This document shows positions 37,307-48,114 of a DNA stretch of 61,937 nt, piece by piece. This DNA comes from Lachnospiraceae bacterium. GTDB taxonomy: Bacteria; Bacillota; Clostridia; Lachnospirales; Lachnospiraceae. Position 1 is the first letter of the stretch. Each line of letters opens with the position of its first letter. Made by a program: the position numbers and the translations under genes. The notes under the pieces were generated by a model. That model saw nothing but the letters and a program-made list of their open reading frames with translations, ran no database searches and was not told the origin of the DNA. The stretch spans positions 1 to 61,937 of the forward strand of contig JAFPBJ010000170.1 of NCBI GenBank assembly GCA_017390525.1, written 5' to 3'.

Positions 37307-39289
37307 ATGGCAGCAATCAAAGCACTAGATCAACATACAATTAATCAAATTGCAGCAGGTGAGGTAATTGAACGTCCTGCTTCTGTAGTAAAGGAATTAG
37401 TGGAAAACGCCATTGATTCTAAAGCAACTGCCATTACTGTAGAAATTAAGGAGGGTGGCATTAGCTTTATTCGAATTACAGATAATGGCTGTGGCTTTTA
37501 TAAAGAGGATATTCCTATGGCATTTAAACGGCATACTACCAGTAAAATAAAGGCAGTAGAGGATTTAATGACCATTTCCTCCTTAGGCTTTCGAGGAGAG
37601 GCATTATCAAGTATTAGTGCAGTTTCTCAGGTAGAGTTAATTACGAAACATGAAAGCTCTCTAACTGGGTCAAGATACTTAATTTCAGGAGGAAAAGAGG
37701 TCTCCTTTGAGGAAATTGGTTGTCCAGAAGGTACCACCTTTATTGTAAGAAATTTATTTTATAATACGCCTGCCAGACGTAAATTTTTAAAATCTCCTAC
37801 TACGGAAGCTTCCTATATCAGCGACTTAGTTTCTAGACTTGCTATGTCTCATCCTGAGATTTCCTTTAAATTTGTAGTAAATGGAAAAAACAAATTGTAC
37901 ACCTCTGGAAATAATCAATATAAGGATGTGATTTTTCAGGTATATGGAAAGGAAATTACTAGCCAGTTAGTCAGTGTCAATGCTCAGCTAGGGGAGATAA
38001 AAATCACAGGCTATATTGGAAAGCCTACACTTTCTAGAGGAAATAAGAGTCACGAAAATTATTTTATTAATCAACGATATATTAAATCTAGTGTGATTAC
38101 AAAGGCCATTGAGGAAGGGTATCATTCCTTCCAAATGGTACATAAGTTTCCTTTTACAGCATTACAATTTTCTATTCCAAGTAATCAGCTAGATGTAAAT
38201 GTACATCCTACCAAAATGGAGGTTCGAATTGAGCATAGTGATGATTTGTTTCAGCTAATTGTAACTACGATTAAAGAAACGCTATTAGGGAAAAATTTGA
38301 TTCCAGAAACCACAGTAGAACATACTCCTACGAAAAAGATACCTAGTATGCAGCCAATAGATACAAGGAAGCAGACCAATATTCCTGAGCCCTTTGAGGA
38401 AAAGCGAAAAGAAGATATGCTTCATATGTCGAAGGAAAGTGCATATTATCAGCAAATTGTAAAACCAGCTTCTGTGCTAAAGGAAGAAAGAAGCTACACA
38501 GAACAAAAAGAGAAGGATAGGGTGGAAAAGCCAGCCGTCAAGCTAGAAGACAATTCACAGCTTAATACAGAAGTAAATCAAAGGCTGATGAAAATTGAGC
38601 CTTCCCAAACAGAAGAAAAGGTGGAAGAAAAAACAGAAGAACCTATATTAAAAAATACCCAACAAATAAACATGTTTGGGGAAGAGGAAACTTCCTTTTT
38701 AAGGGAGAAAAAGGAATACAAGGTGATTGGACAGCTGTTTCAAACCTACTGGTTAATTGAGGCTGAGGGTCAGCTTTTTATTATGGACCAGCACGCTGCC
38801 CATGAAAAAGTATTATATGAGAAATTTTTAGAGGAATTTCAGAAAAAAGAGATTTATTCCCAAATGGTACTGCCGCCTATGGTGCTTTCTACCACCTTAA
38901 AGGAGGCACAAACCTTAAAGGACAATTATGAAACCTTTGCTAAGCTAGGGTTTGAAATTGAGTCTATTGGAAGTACAGAATTCTTTGTAAGAGAAGTGCC
39001 TGCCAATTTGTTTGAATTAAATGAAAAAGAGCTTTTTATTGCTTTACTAGATGAGCTTGCGGAAAAGGAAGGAGCAGTTTCTTTGGAGCTTTTACAAAAT
39101 AAGCTAGCATCTATGGCTTGTAAGGCAGCAGTAAAAGGAAAACAAACCCTAAGTGTAAAAGAGGTGGAACAATTAATTAAGGATTTAATGAAGCTAAATA
39201 ATCCTTATAATTGTCCTCACGGAAGGCCAACTATGATCTCAATGACACAAACAGAGCTAGAAAAGAAGTTTAAGCGAATTCAATCATAA
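37307..39289 (+). CDS. mutL: DNA mismatch repair protein MutL
   Basis: GHKL ATPase motifs NQIAAGEVIERPASVVKELVENAIDS, DNGCG and GFRGEAL. The C-terminal region has CPHGRP. Confidence 0.95.
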   Translation: MAAIKALDQHTINQIAAGEVIERPASVVKELVENAIDSKATAITVEIKEGGISFIRITDNGCGFYKEDIPMAFKRHTTSKIKAVEDLMTISSLGFRGEALSSISAVSQVELITKHESSLTGSRYLISGGKEVSFEEIGCPEGTTFIVRNLFYNTPARRKFLKSPTTEASYISDLVSRLAMSHPEISFKFVVNGKNKLYTSGNNQYKDVIFQVYGKEITSQLVSVNAQLGEIKITGYIGKPTLSRGNKSHENYFINQRYIKSSVITKAIEEGYHSFQMVHKFPFTALQFSIPSNQLDVNVHPTKMEVRIEHSDDLFQLIVTTIKETLLGKNLIPETTVEHTPTKKIPSMQPIDTRKQTNIPEPFEEKRKEDMLHMSKESAYYQQIVKPASVLKEERSYTEQKEKDRVEKPAVKLEDNSQLNTEVNQRLMKIEPSQTEEKVEEKTEEPILKNTQQINMFGEEETSFLREKKEYKVIGQLFQTYWLIEAEGQLFIMDQHAAHEKVLYEKFLEEFQKKEIYSQMVLPPMVLSTTLKEAQTLKDNYETFAKLGFEIESIGSTEFFVREVPANLFELNEKELFIALLDELAEKEGAVSLELLQNKLASMACKAAVKGKQTLSVKEVEQLIKDLMKLNNPYNCPHGRPTMISMTQTELEKKFKRIQS

Positions 39290-39301
39290 AGGACGAAAAA
39301 T

Positions 39302-40255
39302 ATGGAACAAGAAAAGAAACAAAAGCTAATCATTTTAACTGGACCTACAGCAGTAGGAAAAACTGATTTATCAATTGGTCTAGCAAAAGCCTTAAATGGT
39401 GCCATTATCTCTGCGGATTCTATGCAGGTTTATAAAAAAATGGATATTGGTACAGCAAAGATTACAAAAGAGGAAATGAATGGAATTGACCACTATTTAA
39501 TTGATATTTTAGAGCCTGATGAAGAGTTTAATGTGGTAAAATTTAAGGAATACGCTAGAGAAGCAATTGAAACAATTCATAGAGAAAACAAAATTCCTAT
39601 TGTAGTTGGTGGGACAGGCTTTTATATTCAGGCACTCCTTTATGATACGAAGTTTGCCAATATGGATACGGATTACGAATATCGTCAATTTTTGGAAAAA
39701 GAGGCAAAGGAAAAGGGAAACATGTATTTACACCAGCAATTAGAGCAGGTGGATTATGAAGCCTCCTTACAAATTCATCCCAATAATGTAAAGCGTGTAA
39801 TTCGTGCATTAGAGTATTATAAAACTACAAATCTAAAAATTTCAGAGCATAATGAAGAACAACGACAAAATGAATCACCTTACGATTTTCATTATTTTGT
39901 GCTAAATATGAATCGAGATGCACTATATCATCGGATTAACCAACGAATTGATCTTATGGTAAAGCAAGGCTTAGTAGAGGAAGTAACCACCTTAAAAAAG
40001 GCAGGCTACGAAAGAAATAGTGTAGCAATGCAAGGAATTGGATATAAGGAGCTATATAGTTATTTAGATAATGAAATTAGCTTAGAGGAGGCTATTTTAC
40101 AAATCAAACAAAATACAAGACATTTTGCTAAGCGCCAGCTTACCTGGTTTCGTAGAGAAAAAGAAGTAGTTTGGGTAAACAAGGATGAATTTCAAGGGGA
40201 AGAACAATTATTAGAATTTTTATTAAAAGAAATAAATGGAGAACAAAACCAATGA
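39302..40255 (+). CDS. miaA: tRNA dimethylallyltransferase
   Basis: P-loop GPTAVGKT, SADSMQVYK..DIGTAK, GGTGFY and KRQLTWFR. Confidence 0.9.
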   Translation: MEQEKKQKLIILTGPTAVGKTDLSIGLAKALNGAIISADSMQVYKKMDIGTAKITKEEMNGIDHYLIDILEPDEEFNVVKFKEYAREAIETIHRENKIPIVVGGTGFYIQALLYDTKFANMDTDYEYRQFLEKEAKEKGNMYLHQQLEQVDYEASLQIHPNNVKRVIRALEYYKTTNLKISEHNEEQRQNESPYDFHYFVLNMNRDALYHRINQRIDLMVKQGLVEEVTTLKKAGYERNSVAMQGIGYKELYSYLDNEISLEEAILQIKQNTRHFAKRQLTWFRREKEVVWVNKDEFQGEEQLLEFLLKEINGEQNQ

Positions 40256-41544
40256 TAAATCAAGAAATTAAAAAGCAATATGAAACCTTAGGAATCAAAA
40301 AAGAAGTGATTGAATTTGCAGAGCAAGTGGAAGAAAGCTTACAGGAAAGATTTAAGGAAATTGATCAAGTATGCGAGTATAACCAATTAAAGGTGATAAA
40401 AGCAATGCAAAAAAACAAATTAAGTGAAGCTCATTTTGCTGCTACCACAGGATATGGCTATAACGATTTAGGAAGAGAAGTATTAGAAAAAATTTATGCA
40501 GATGTTTTTGGTACAGAGGATGCCCTTGTTCGTCCGCAGATTACCTGTGGTACTCACGCATTAAATGTAGCTTTATCTAGCTGCTTACGACCTGGGGATG
40601 AATTATTTTCCCCAGTGGGAAAGCCTTACGATACCCTAGAAGAGGTAATTGGAATCAGACCATCCATAGGCTCGCTAGCAGAATACAATATTTCCTATGC
40701 TCAGGTTGACTTGCTTCCTGATGGAGAGTTTGATTATGAGAAAATAAAAGAAGCAATCAACGAAAGAACAAAATTAATTACAATTCAACGCTCCAAAGGC
40801 TATGCAACTCGTCCAACCTTATCTGTAAAGAAAATTGGTGAACTCATTTCCTTTGTAAAATCAATTAAGCCTGATGTGATTTGTATGGTAGATAATTGCT
40901 ACGGAGAATTTGTAGAAATCATGGAACCAAGTCAGGTGGGGGCAGATTTAGTAGTAGGCTCATTAATCAAAAATCCAGGAGGTGGTTTAGCACCAATTGG
41001 AGGCTACATTTGTGGTAGAAAGGATTTAATTGAGCAGGCAGCATATCGATTAACTTCCCCAGGACTTGGAAAGGAAGTAGGTGCCACATTAGGAATTACT
41101 GGACAGCTCACACAAGGACTTTTCCTTGCACCACAAGTGGTTTCTGGTGCATTAAAGGGCGCTATTTTTGCAGCCAATTGCTATGAAAGATTAGGCTTTT
41201 CTGTCATTCCAAATGGAAGTGAATCAAGACATGATATTATTCAGGCAGTAGAATTTGGGAACAAAGAAGGGGTAATTGCCTTTTGCAAAGGAATTCAGGC
41301 AGCAGCTCCGGTAGATAGCTTTGTTGTTCCTGAGCCTTGGGCAATGCCTGGCTATGATAGCGATGTGATTATGGCAGCAGGAGCCTTTGTATCAGGTTCT
41401 TCTATTGAGCTTAGTGCAGATGCTCCAATTAAGCCACCATATGCTGTATATTTTCAAGGAGGACTTACCTATCCACATGCTAAGCTTGGAATTATGAGTT
41501 CTTTAAATTATGTAGTAGATGCTTTAAAACTAAGTATTTTGTAA
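40252..41544 (+). CDS. ynbB: Methionine gamma-lyase-family PLP protein (YnbB / 'aluminium resistance' family)
   Basis: TGYGYNDLGR, VRPQITCGTHA and GSLIKNPGGGLAP. It follows miaA, as in many Firmicutes. Confidence 0.75.
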   Translation: MINQEIKKQYETLGIKKEVIEFAEQVEESLQERFKEIDQVCEYNQLKVIKAMQKNKLSEAHFAATTGYGYNDLGREVLEKIYADVFGTEDALVRPQITCGTHALNVALSSCLRPGDELFSPVGKPYDTLEEVIGIRPSIGSLAEYNISYAQVDLLPDGEFDYEKIKEAINERTKLITIQRSKGYATRPTLSVKKIGELISFVKSIKPDVICMVDNCYGEFVEIMEPSQVGADLVVGSLIKNPGGGLAPIGGYICGRKDLIEQAAYRLTSPGLGKEVGATLGITGQLTQGLFLAPQVVSGALKGAIFAANCYERLGFSVIPNGSESRHDIIQAVEFGNKEGVIAFCKGIQAAAPVDSFVVPEPWAMPGYDSDVIMAAGAFVSGSSIELSADAPIKPPYAVYFQGGLTYPHAKLGIMSSLNYVVDALKLSIL

Positions 41545-41654
41545 GGAAATAAGTGTATACAAAATTTTAAAATTATGATAAGATAGAAAAGTTAAAAAAG
41601 TGTGGCATATAATAGGAAAATTTTTGGTAACACTTTTACAAAGGGGGCAAAGAT

Positions 41655-41915
41655 GTGAGTAATACAGTAAGTAAAAACAATTGGGCACTATTTTTGCTGA
41701 TTTTATCAGGAATTGTAGTAGGTGGCTTCATTGGTATGCTAGCAAAGGATGTTTCCTTTTTAAGCTGGCTTAATTTTGGAGAAACCTTTGGCTTTAGTAA
41801 GCCAGTAAAATTAGATTTAGGAATTATGGTATTAACCTTTGGGTTAACGATTAAAATTTCTATTGCAAGTATTATTGGTGTGATTATTGCTATAATAGTT
41901 TATAAAAAGTTATAG
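41655..41915 (+). CDS. DUF4321 small membrane protein
   Basis: NWALFLLILSGIVVGGFIG ... LDLGIMVLTFGLTIKISIASIIGVIIAIIVYKKL matches my recollection of the family pattern. GTG start after GGGGG. Confidence 0.65.
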   Translation: MSNTVSKNNWALFLLILSGIVVGGFIGMLAKDVSFLSWLNFGETFGFSKPVKLDLGIMVLTFGLTIKISIASIIGVIIAIIVYKKL

Positions 41916-41994
41916 TTAACACACACTTCCTCATTTCTAAGTAATTCATTGCGAAGAAGCTTGCTGTGCTTGGAGAGTAAAGCAAGGAGGAATT

Positions 41995-42717
41995 ATGTTA
42001 GAGCAATTAACGAACAACAAAAGTAACACAAATATTACTATAAGAGAATATCCAGAAACAGAACGTCCATATGAAAAATGTATGGAATATGGAGCTTCCA
42101 GCCTATCAGATTCAGAGCTGTTAGCCGTGATTTTGCGAAGTGGCTCTAGTAAAATGAGTAGTGTTGACTTAAGTAAAAAGATTCTTACCACTCATCCTAC
42201 TATTTCTGGGTTAGTTTCTCTTCATTATTTATCTTATAGTGATTTAATTAAAATTCATGGAATTGGTAAGGTAAAGGCAATACAAATTCAGTGTGTTGCA
42301 GAATTGTCAAAGCGAATGGCTAAGCAGGAGAGAAAGCAGCTCATTTCCTTAGATTCGCCTAAAACAGTAGCGAATTATTATATGGAGGAAATGAGGCATT
42401 TAACAAAAGAGCATATGAAAATTGCTCTTTTCGATTGTAAAAATGGTCTTATTTCTGATTTTGATATTGCAACAGGAACTGTAAATGCTGTGATTACTTC
42501 TCCTAGAGAAATTTTTATAGAAGCACTGAAAAAAGAAGCAGTTTATATTGTGATGCTTCATAATCATCCTTCGGGAGACCCTACTCCTAGTGAACAAGAT
42601 TTAATCACCACAAAGAGAGTAGAAGAAATAGGACAATTATTAGGAATTCAATTGATTGACCATATTATAATTGGGAATCATAAATATATCAGCTTAAAGG
42701 AACAAGGTATTATGTAG
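41995..42717 (+). CDS. radC: RadC-family JAB/MPN-domain protein
   Basis: RPYEKCMEYGASSLSDSELLAVILRSG, a HhH region, and JAMM motif HNHPSGDPTPSEQD. Confidence 0.9.
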   Translation: MLEQLTNNKSNTNITIREYPETERPYEKCMEYGASSLSDSELLAVILRSGSSKMSSVDLSKKILTTHPTISGLVSLHYLSYSDLIKIHGIGKVKAIQIQCVAELSKRMAKQERKQLISLDSPKTVANYYMEEMRHLTKEHMKIALFDCKNGLISDFDIATGTVNAVITSPREIFIEALKKEAVYIVMLHNHPSGDPTPSEQDLITTKRVEEIGQLLGIQLIDHIIIGNHKYISLKEQGIM

Positions 42718-42766
42718 CTGTAAATCATTAAGGTGTAGAAAAGTTTGAAAGGAATGACTGAGTAAA

Positions 42767-43792
42767 ATGGGAAGCGACAGAATATTTGGAATTGATTTAG
42801 GAACAAGCAACATAAAAATATACAAAAAGGGTGACGGAATTGTCATTGACGAAAAGAATTTAATTGCAATAGAAAATAAGAAAAAGATTATTGCATATGG
42901 GGATGAAGCATATGAAATGTATGAAAAAGCTCCAGATAACATTGAAATTATTGGTCCTGTAAAAAATGGTGTGATTGCAGGCTTTCGCAGTATGCAACAG
43001 CTATTAACCTTATTTTTTAATAAACCAGAGCTAAAAAAGGGAATTGGAGCAAAGGAATTTTACATTTGTGTACCTACGGATATAACAGATGTAGAAAAAA
43101 GAGCATTTTATGACTTAATTGCCAGCTCTAATATAAAAGCGAAAAAAATTCATATTGTTGAAAAGCCAATTGCAGATGCAGTAGGTGCTGATTTACCAGT
43201 GAATGCAGCAAATGGTATTTTAATGGTGAATATTGGTGCTGATACCACTGAAATCTCTATTATTTCTCTAGGAGGAATTGTGTTAAGTAAATTAATCAAG
43301 GTGGGAGGTAACCGCTTAGATGAAGCAATTTGCCAAGGGGTAAAGAAAAATTATAATCTTATTATTGGAAGTAAAACGGCCCAAAGTCTTAAAGTTAATT
43401 TAGCTAGTGCAATCAAACAGGAAGAACAGACTATGAAGGTAATGGGACGTGATTTGGTTACAGGCTTACCTGTAGAATTAGCCGTAAGCTCAAACTTAAT
43501 TTATGAAAGCATTAAGGAATATCTTGATACAATTATTGATTCTATCAAGATTATCTTAGAGAGAACTCCACCTGAGTTATCCTCTGATATTATTGATAAT
43601 GGTATTTATTTAACTGGTGGCTCCTCTGGAATTCATGAGCTTGCTACATTAATTACAAAGGAAACCGATTTATCTGTTAATTTATTTACCAATGCTTCCC
43701 AAACAGCGATAGAAGGAATCGGAAAAATTATTGAAAACGAGGAGCTACAATCCTTGGCATATGCTATGAAACAAACGATTTACAATGTGTAG
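42767..43792 (+). CDS. mreB: Rod shape-determining protein MreB
   Basis: Actin-fold motifs GIDLGTSNIKIY, VNIGADTTEISI and LTGGSS. Confidence 0.9.
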   Translation: MGSDRIFGIDLGTSNIKIYKKGDGIVIDEKNLIAIENKKKIIAYGDEAYEMYEKAPDNIEIIGPVKNGVIAGFRSMQQLLTLFFNKPELKKGIGAKEFYICVPTDITDVEKRAFYDLIASSNIKAKKIHIVEKPIADAVGADLPVNAANGILMVNIGADTTEISIISLGGIVLSKLIKVGGNRLDEAICQGVKKNYNLIIGSKTAQSLKVNLASAIKQEEQTMKVMGRDLVTGLPVELAVSSNLIYESIKEYLDTIIDSIKIILERTPPELSSDIIDNGIYLTGGSSGIHELATLITKETDLSVNLFTNASQTAIEGIGKIIENEELQSLAYAMKQTIYNV

Positions 43793-43819
43793 AAGATGGA
43801 AATGAGGAATAGATAAAGT

Positions 43820-44674
43820 ATGAAATATAGAAGACATGTGGAAGTATCTCCCAAGATTTTACTGGGAATTTTTACTTCCTTAGCAGTTGTTTTGTTTTTA
43901 TTATCTTATTTTTTTAGTGATTTTTTTGCTCCCTTTCGTATGATTACTGGATATGTCATTGTTCCAATGCAAAAGGGGGTTAATGAAGTAGGAACTTACT
44001 TTTCAGAAAAAATTGAAACCTTAAAGGAAAACAAAAAAATCAAAGAGGAAAATAAAACCTTAAAAGAAAAAAATACTCAATTAGCAGAAGAAAATAAAAA
44101 ATTACAGCAAGATAAATATGAACTAGACCGATTACAAAAGCTATATGAACTAGACCAGCAGTATTCCGATTATAGTAAGGTGGGTGCCAAAGTAATTGGA
44201 AAGGATTCTGGAAACTGGTTTCAAACCTTTTTAATTGATAAAGGCTCTAATGATGGCCTTGAGGTAGATATGAATGTACTTGCTGGTAATGGTTTATGTG
44301 GTATTATTACTGAAGTGGGACCTAATTATGCCAAGGTTCGTACTATTATTGATGAAGGTAGTAGTGTAAGTGGTCAATTTTTACGCACCTCAGATTTATG
44401 TATTGTATCTGGAGATAAAAAGCTAATGGAAGAAGGCTATATAAATGTTGAGTTTATTAATAAGGATGCAGATATTTCTGATGGAGACCAAGTTGTTACT
44501 TCCCATGTAAGTGAAAAATATCTAGAAGGAATCACCATTGGATATATTTCTGATATTAAGGTTGACCCAACTAATCTTACAAAAACTGCTCATTTAACAC
44601 CATGTGTTGACTTTAGAAATTTGCAAGAAGTGCTTGTAATTAAACAAAAAAAGCAAACAAAGGATGGAAACTAA
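43820..44674 (+). CDS. mreC: Rod shape-determining protein MreC
   Basis: N-terminal TM helix, a coiled coil (ENKTLKEKNTQLAEENKKLQQ), and a beta-barrel part (VLAGNGLCGIITEVGPNYAKVRTIID). Confidence 0.85.
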   Translation: MKYRRHVEVSPKILLGIFTSLAVVLFLLSYFFSDFFAPFRMITGYVIVPMQKGVNEVGTYFSEKIETLKENKKIKEENKTLKEKNTQLAEENKKLQQDKYELDRLQKLYELDQQYSDYSKVGAKVIGKDSGNWFQTFLIDKGSNDGLEVDMNVLAGNGLCGIITEVGPNYAKVRTIIDEGSSVSGQFLRTSDLCIVSGDKKLMEEGYINVEFINKDADISDGDQVVTSHVSEKYLEGITIGYISDIKVDPTNLTKTAHLTPCVDFRNLQEVLVIKQKKQTKDGN

Positions 44675-45194
44675 ATTGAAACGATTTTTAATTTATACAG
44701 GTACATTTCTAATATGTTTTTTATTACAGACCTCTGTATTTGAATTTTTCCAATTGGCACATATTCGTCCTAACATTTTACTTATTTTTGTTGTATCCTT
44801 TGCTTTTATGAGAGGGCAAAAGGTAGGGCTTGTGCTGGGATTTATTACAGGCTTATGTTTGGATATTCTATATGGAAGAATCATTGGACCATATTGTTTA
44901 CTTTTTATGTATATGGGATACATAAGTGGCTATTATAATCGTTTGTTCTATAAAGAAGAAATCTTATTACCATTAATTTTAACTGCTGTAAATGATTTGG
45001 TTTATGGATTAGTTATTTATTTTGTCTTCTTTTTACTACAAAATAAATTGAATTTTCTATCCTATTTCGTAAGCACTATGTTACCAGAAATGATTTATAC
45101 GATTTTAGTATCGTTGATTTTATACCGTATCTTTTTGTTTATAAATTCTCATCTTGATAGGGATGCAAAAGGAGTATCAAGTAATGTTATATAA
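44664..45194 (+). CDS. mreD: Rod shape-determining protein MreD
   Basis: A five-helix hydrophobic protein directly after mreC, with an 11-nt overlap. Confidence 0.75.
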   Translation: METKLKRFLIYTGTFLICFLLQTSVFEFFQLAHIRPNILLIFVVSFAFMRGQKVGLVLGFITGLCLDILYGRIIGPYCLLFMYMGYISGYYNRLFYKEEILLPLILTAVNDLVYGLVIYFVFFLLQNKLNFLSYFVSTMLPEMIYTILVSLILYRIFLFINSHLDRDAKGVSSNVI

Positions 45195-48072
45195 AATAAA
45201 AGAAAATCTTATGAAATTATGCTCCAATCGTTTTGTTATATTAAGTATGATTTTTTTAGCACTAGCAGGTATTTTAGTATATCGCTTATTCATACTTCAG
45301 ATTGTAGAGGGAAAAGAGCATTTAGAAAATTTTATATATAAAAGTAAGAAAACCATTAATGTAAGTAGTGCCAGAGGTAATATTATGGATAGAAATGGAG
45401 AAATACTTGCATATAATAAATTGGCATATTCTCTTACCTTTGAAAATACGGATGAAATCGCAAAAAGAGCAAGAGAAAATGGAACAGATGAAAGTACAGA
45501 GCTTAATAGAGTGATCTATAATCTAATTCAATTATTAGAAGAAAATAAAGACCAAATGATTAATGATTTTCCGATTGTATACAAAAACGGCAGATTTCAG
45601 TATACCTTAGAAAATAGTGCAAGAAACAGATTTATTGCGGAAGTATATGGAACTTCCTCTTCCCAATTAACCAAGAAACAAAAAGCAGCAACGGCTGAAG
45701 AAATTTATTTATATTTACGACATGGTGATGGAAAAAAAACAAAGAAATTTAATATTGATGATAGCTATAGCGACGAAGAAGCACTTCAAATTATGTCTGT
45801 GCGATACGCGCTTTATTTAAATCGTTTTACACAATATTCACCAACTACAATTGCTAGAAATATAAGTGAGGAAAGCTTAGCAAATATTAAGGAGCGTCAG
45901 GATGAATTTCCTGGAGCACAAATTGTTGCGGATTCCTTAAGAGTATATAATGATAGCAAATATTTTTCTCCTATTATTGGATATATTGGAATTATTTCAC
46001 AAGAGGAATTAGAAAACTATAATGAAGAAATCAAAAAAAATAATAGTAAGCAAGAGGAATATGTTTCTACAGATGTAACAGGAAAAGCAGGAATCGAAAA
46101 GGAAATGGAAGCTTACCTACAAGGAACAAAAGGTGAAGAAACGGTATTTGTAGATAATATGGGAAAAATTCTTGAGGTCACTAATTCAAAGGATCCTGTG
46201 GCAGGAAATGACGTTTATTTAACCTTTGATAAGGATTTACAAATCTATGCATATGACGCATTAGAAAAGCAAATTGCTGGTATTGTATACAATCATTTGA
46301 CTTCAGGTACCTCAAGGGGAACAAAGAAAAATTATTTGCTTCCAATTCATGAGGTATATTTTTCCTTGATTGATAATAATGTAATTGATGCCACACATTT
46401 TTCTCACAAAAATGCAAGTGATACGGAGCGTAGTGTATATAGTGCCTTCCAAAGTAAAAAGTCTAGTGTACTAACACAAATCAAAGGACAGCTAGTGTCA
46501 ACACAGACACCAATGCAATATTTAGATGACGAATACAATGATTATATGAATTATATTTATTCTATGCTATCCGATCAAAATATAATTAAAAGAGATCATG
46601 TAAATAAAACGGATGATATGTTTGTAAAATGGAAAAATGAAAAAATCAGCTTAACTGAATTTTTTAAATATGCCATAAAGAATAACTGGATAGATATTTC
46701 AAACTTTGACATTTCAAATGATTATTACGGAACAGATGAAATCTTTAACGAGCTAGTTAAATATACAATGAGTCAGTTAAAGGATGATGCGGATTTCGAC
46801 AAGATTATTTACAAATATATGATAAAATCAAATAGCATTAGTGGGAAACAGCTTTGTCTGATTTTATATGATCAAAATGTATTAAATGCAAAAAAGGACA
46901 AGGAAGATTATGAAAAATTACAACGAGGACAAATTAGTGCCTATGAGTTTATGAAGCTAAAAATTAAAAAGCTAGAGATTACACCTGCTCAGCTTGCTCT
47001 TGATCCTTGTTCTGGCTCGGTTATTGTAACAGATGTAAATACGGGGGAGGTGCTCGCCCTTGCTACTTATCCAAGCTATGACAATAATAGGCTAACTAAT
47101 AGCATTGATAGTGATTATTACTCACAGCTATTAAACGATAAATCTTTACCACTACTGAATCGGGCTATGCAGTCAAAAACAGCTCCAGGTTCGACATTTA
47201 AAATGATTTCTTCCGTAGCAGGATTAGAAGAAAATGTAATTTCTACTGGCTCTGTTATTTATGATAAAGGTATTTATGATACAGTGTCACCACCAGCAAA
47301 ATGTTGGGTATATCCATCTGCTCATGGAGCATTAACAGTAGATGGAGCCATTGAAGTATCTTGTAATAGCTTCTTTTATGAAGTTGGCTACAGACTTGGA
47401 AAGGATTCTACTGGAAAATACAATTCAGTAATTGGCCTTGAAAAAATCAGAAAATATGCTTCCATGTTTGGACTAAATCGTACTTCTGGAATTGAATTAA
47501 CAGAATCAGAGCCACAGATTTCTGATGATGATGCAGTTCGTTCAGCAATTGGACAAGGTACTCATAACTATACGCCTTCCCAGCTTGCTAGGTACGTTAC
47601 TACTGTAGCAAACAATGGAGATTGCTATGATTTAACCATTATTGATAAAGTAGTAGATAACAATGGAAAAGAAATATTGAATAAAACGCCTGAAAGTAGT
47701 AAAGTAGAAATAAAAGAGTCTACTTGGACGGCGATTCATAATGGAATGTTTCGAGTAGTAAATGGCTCAAAGGGTAGTCAGAGAGCTAATTTCTCTGATA
47801 TTAGAGAAAAGGGACTAGAAGTGGCAGGAAAAACAGGAACTGCACAGGAAGATAAATCAAGACCAAATCATGGTTTATTTGTGTCCTATGCGCCATATGA
47901 TAAACCAGAGATTGCTGTTACAGTAGTTATTCCATATGGATATTCTTCTAGTAATGCAGCCACTTTAGCGAAGGAAATCTATAAGTACTATTTTAAGTTA
48001 AATGATAACGAAGAGAATGAAAACGATAATCACGCCTTTGTAAGTGGTGCAAATGGTACTGGTGGAGATTAA
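45184..48072 (+). CDS. mrdA: Penicillin-binding protein 2 (class B transpeptidase, elongasome), unusually long (962 aa)
   Basis: TM anchor, pedestal motif RGNIMDRNGEILAYN, and transpeptidase motifs SxxK=STFK, SxN=SCN, KTG=KTGTA. It lies between mreD and minC. ATG 45184 follows AGGAG. Confidence 0.85.
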   Translation: MLYKIKENLMKLCSNRFVILSMIFLALAGILVYRLFILQIVEGKEHLENFIYKSKKTINVSSARGNIMDRNGEILAYNKLAYSLTFENTDEIAKRARENGTDESTELNRVIYNLIQLLEENKDQMINDFPIVYKNGRFQYTLENSARNRFIAEVYGTSSSQLTKKQKAATAEEIYLYLRHGDGKKTKKFNIDDSYSDEEALQIMSVRYALYLNRFTQYSPTTIARNISEESLANIKERQDEFPGAQIVADSLRVYNDSKYFSPIIGYIGIISQEELENYNEEIKKNNSKQEEYVSTDVTGKAGIEKEMEAYLQGTKGEETVFVDNMGKILEVTNSKDPVAGNDVYLTFDKDLQIYAYDALEKQIAGIVYNHLTSGTSRGTKKNYLLPIHEVYFSLIDNNVIDATHFSHKNASDTERSVYSAFQSKKSSVLTQIKGQLVSTQTPMQYLDDEYNDYMNYIYSMLSDQNIIKRDHVNKTDDMFVKWKNEKISLTEFFKYAIKNNWIDISNFDISNDYYGTDEIFNELVKYTMSQLKDDADFDKIIYKYMIKSNSISGKQLCLILYDQNVLNAKKDKEDYEKLQRGQISAYEFMKLKIKKLEITPAQLALDPCSGSVIVTDVNTGEVLALATYPSYDNNRLTNSIDSDYYSQLLNDKSLPLLNRAMQSKTAPGSTFKMISSVAGLEENVISTGSVIYDKGIYDTVSPPAKCWVYPSAHGALTVDGAIEVSCNSFFYEVGYRLGKDSTGKYNSVIGLEKIRKYASMFGLNRTSGIELTESEPQISDDDAVRSAIGQGTHNYTPSQLARYVTTVANNGDCYDLTIIDKVVDNNGKEILNKTPESSKVEIKESTWTAIHNGMFRVVNGSKGSQRANFSDIREKGLEVAGKTGTAQEDKSRPNHGLFVSYAPYDKPEIAVTVVIPYGYSSSNAATLAKEIYKYYFKLNDNEENENDNHAFVSGANGTGGD

Positions 48073-48114
48073 TAGCCACTTTAGGATAAACAAAAGAAAG
48101 GAAAAAAGAGTACG

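Noticed and set aside
47180-47200. A GGTTCGA string resembling a tRNA T-loop
   Set aside because: It lies within the PBP2 active-site codons (APGSTFK). No acceptor or anticodon arms can be drawn around it.
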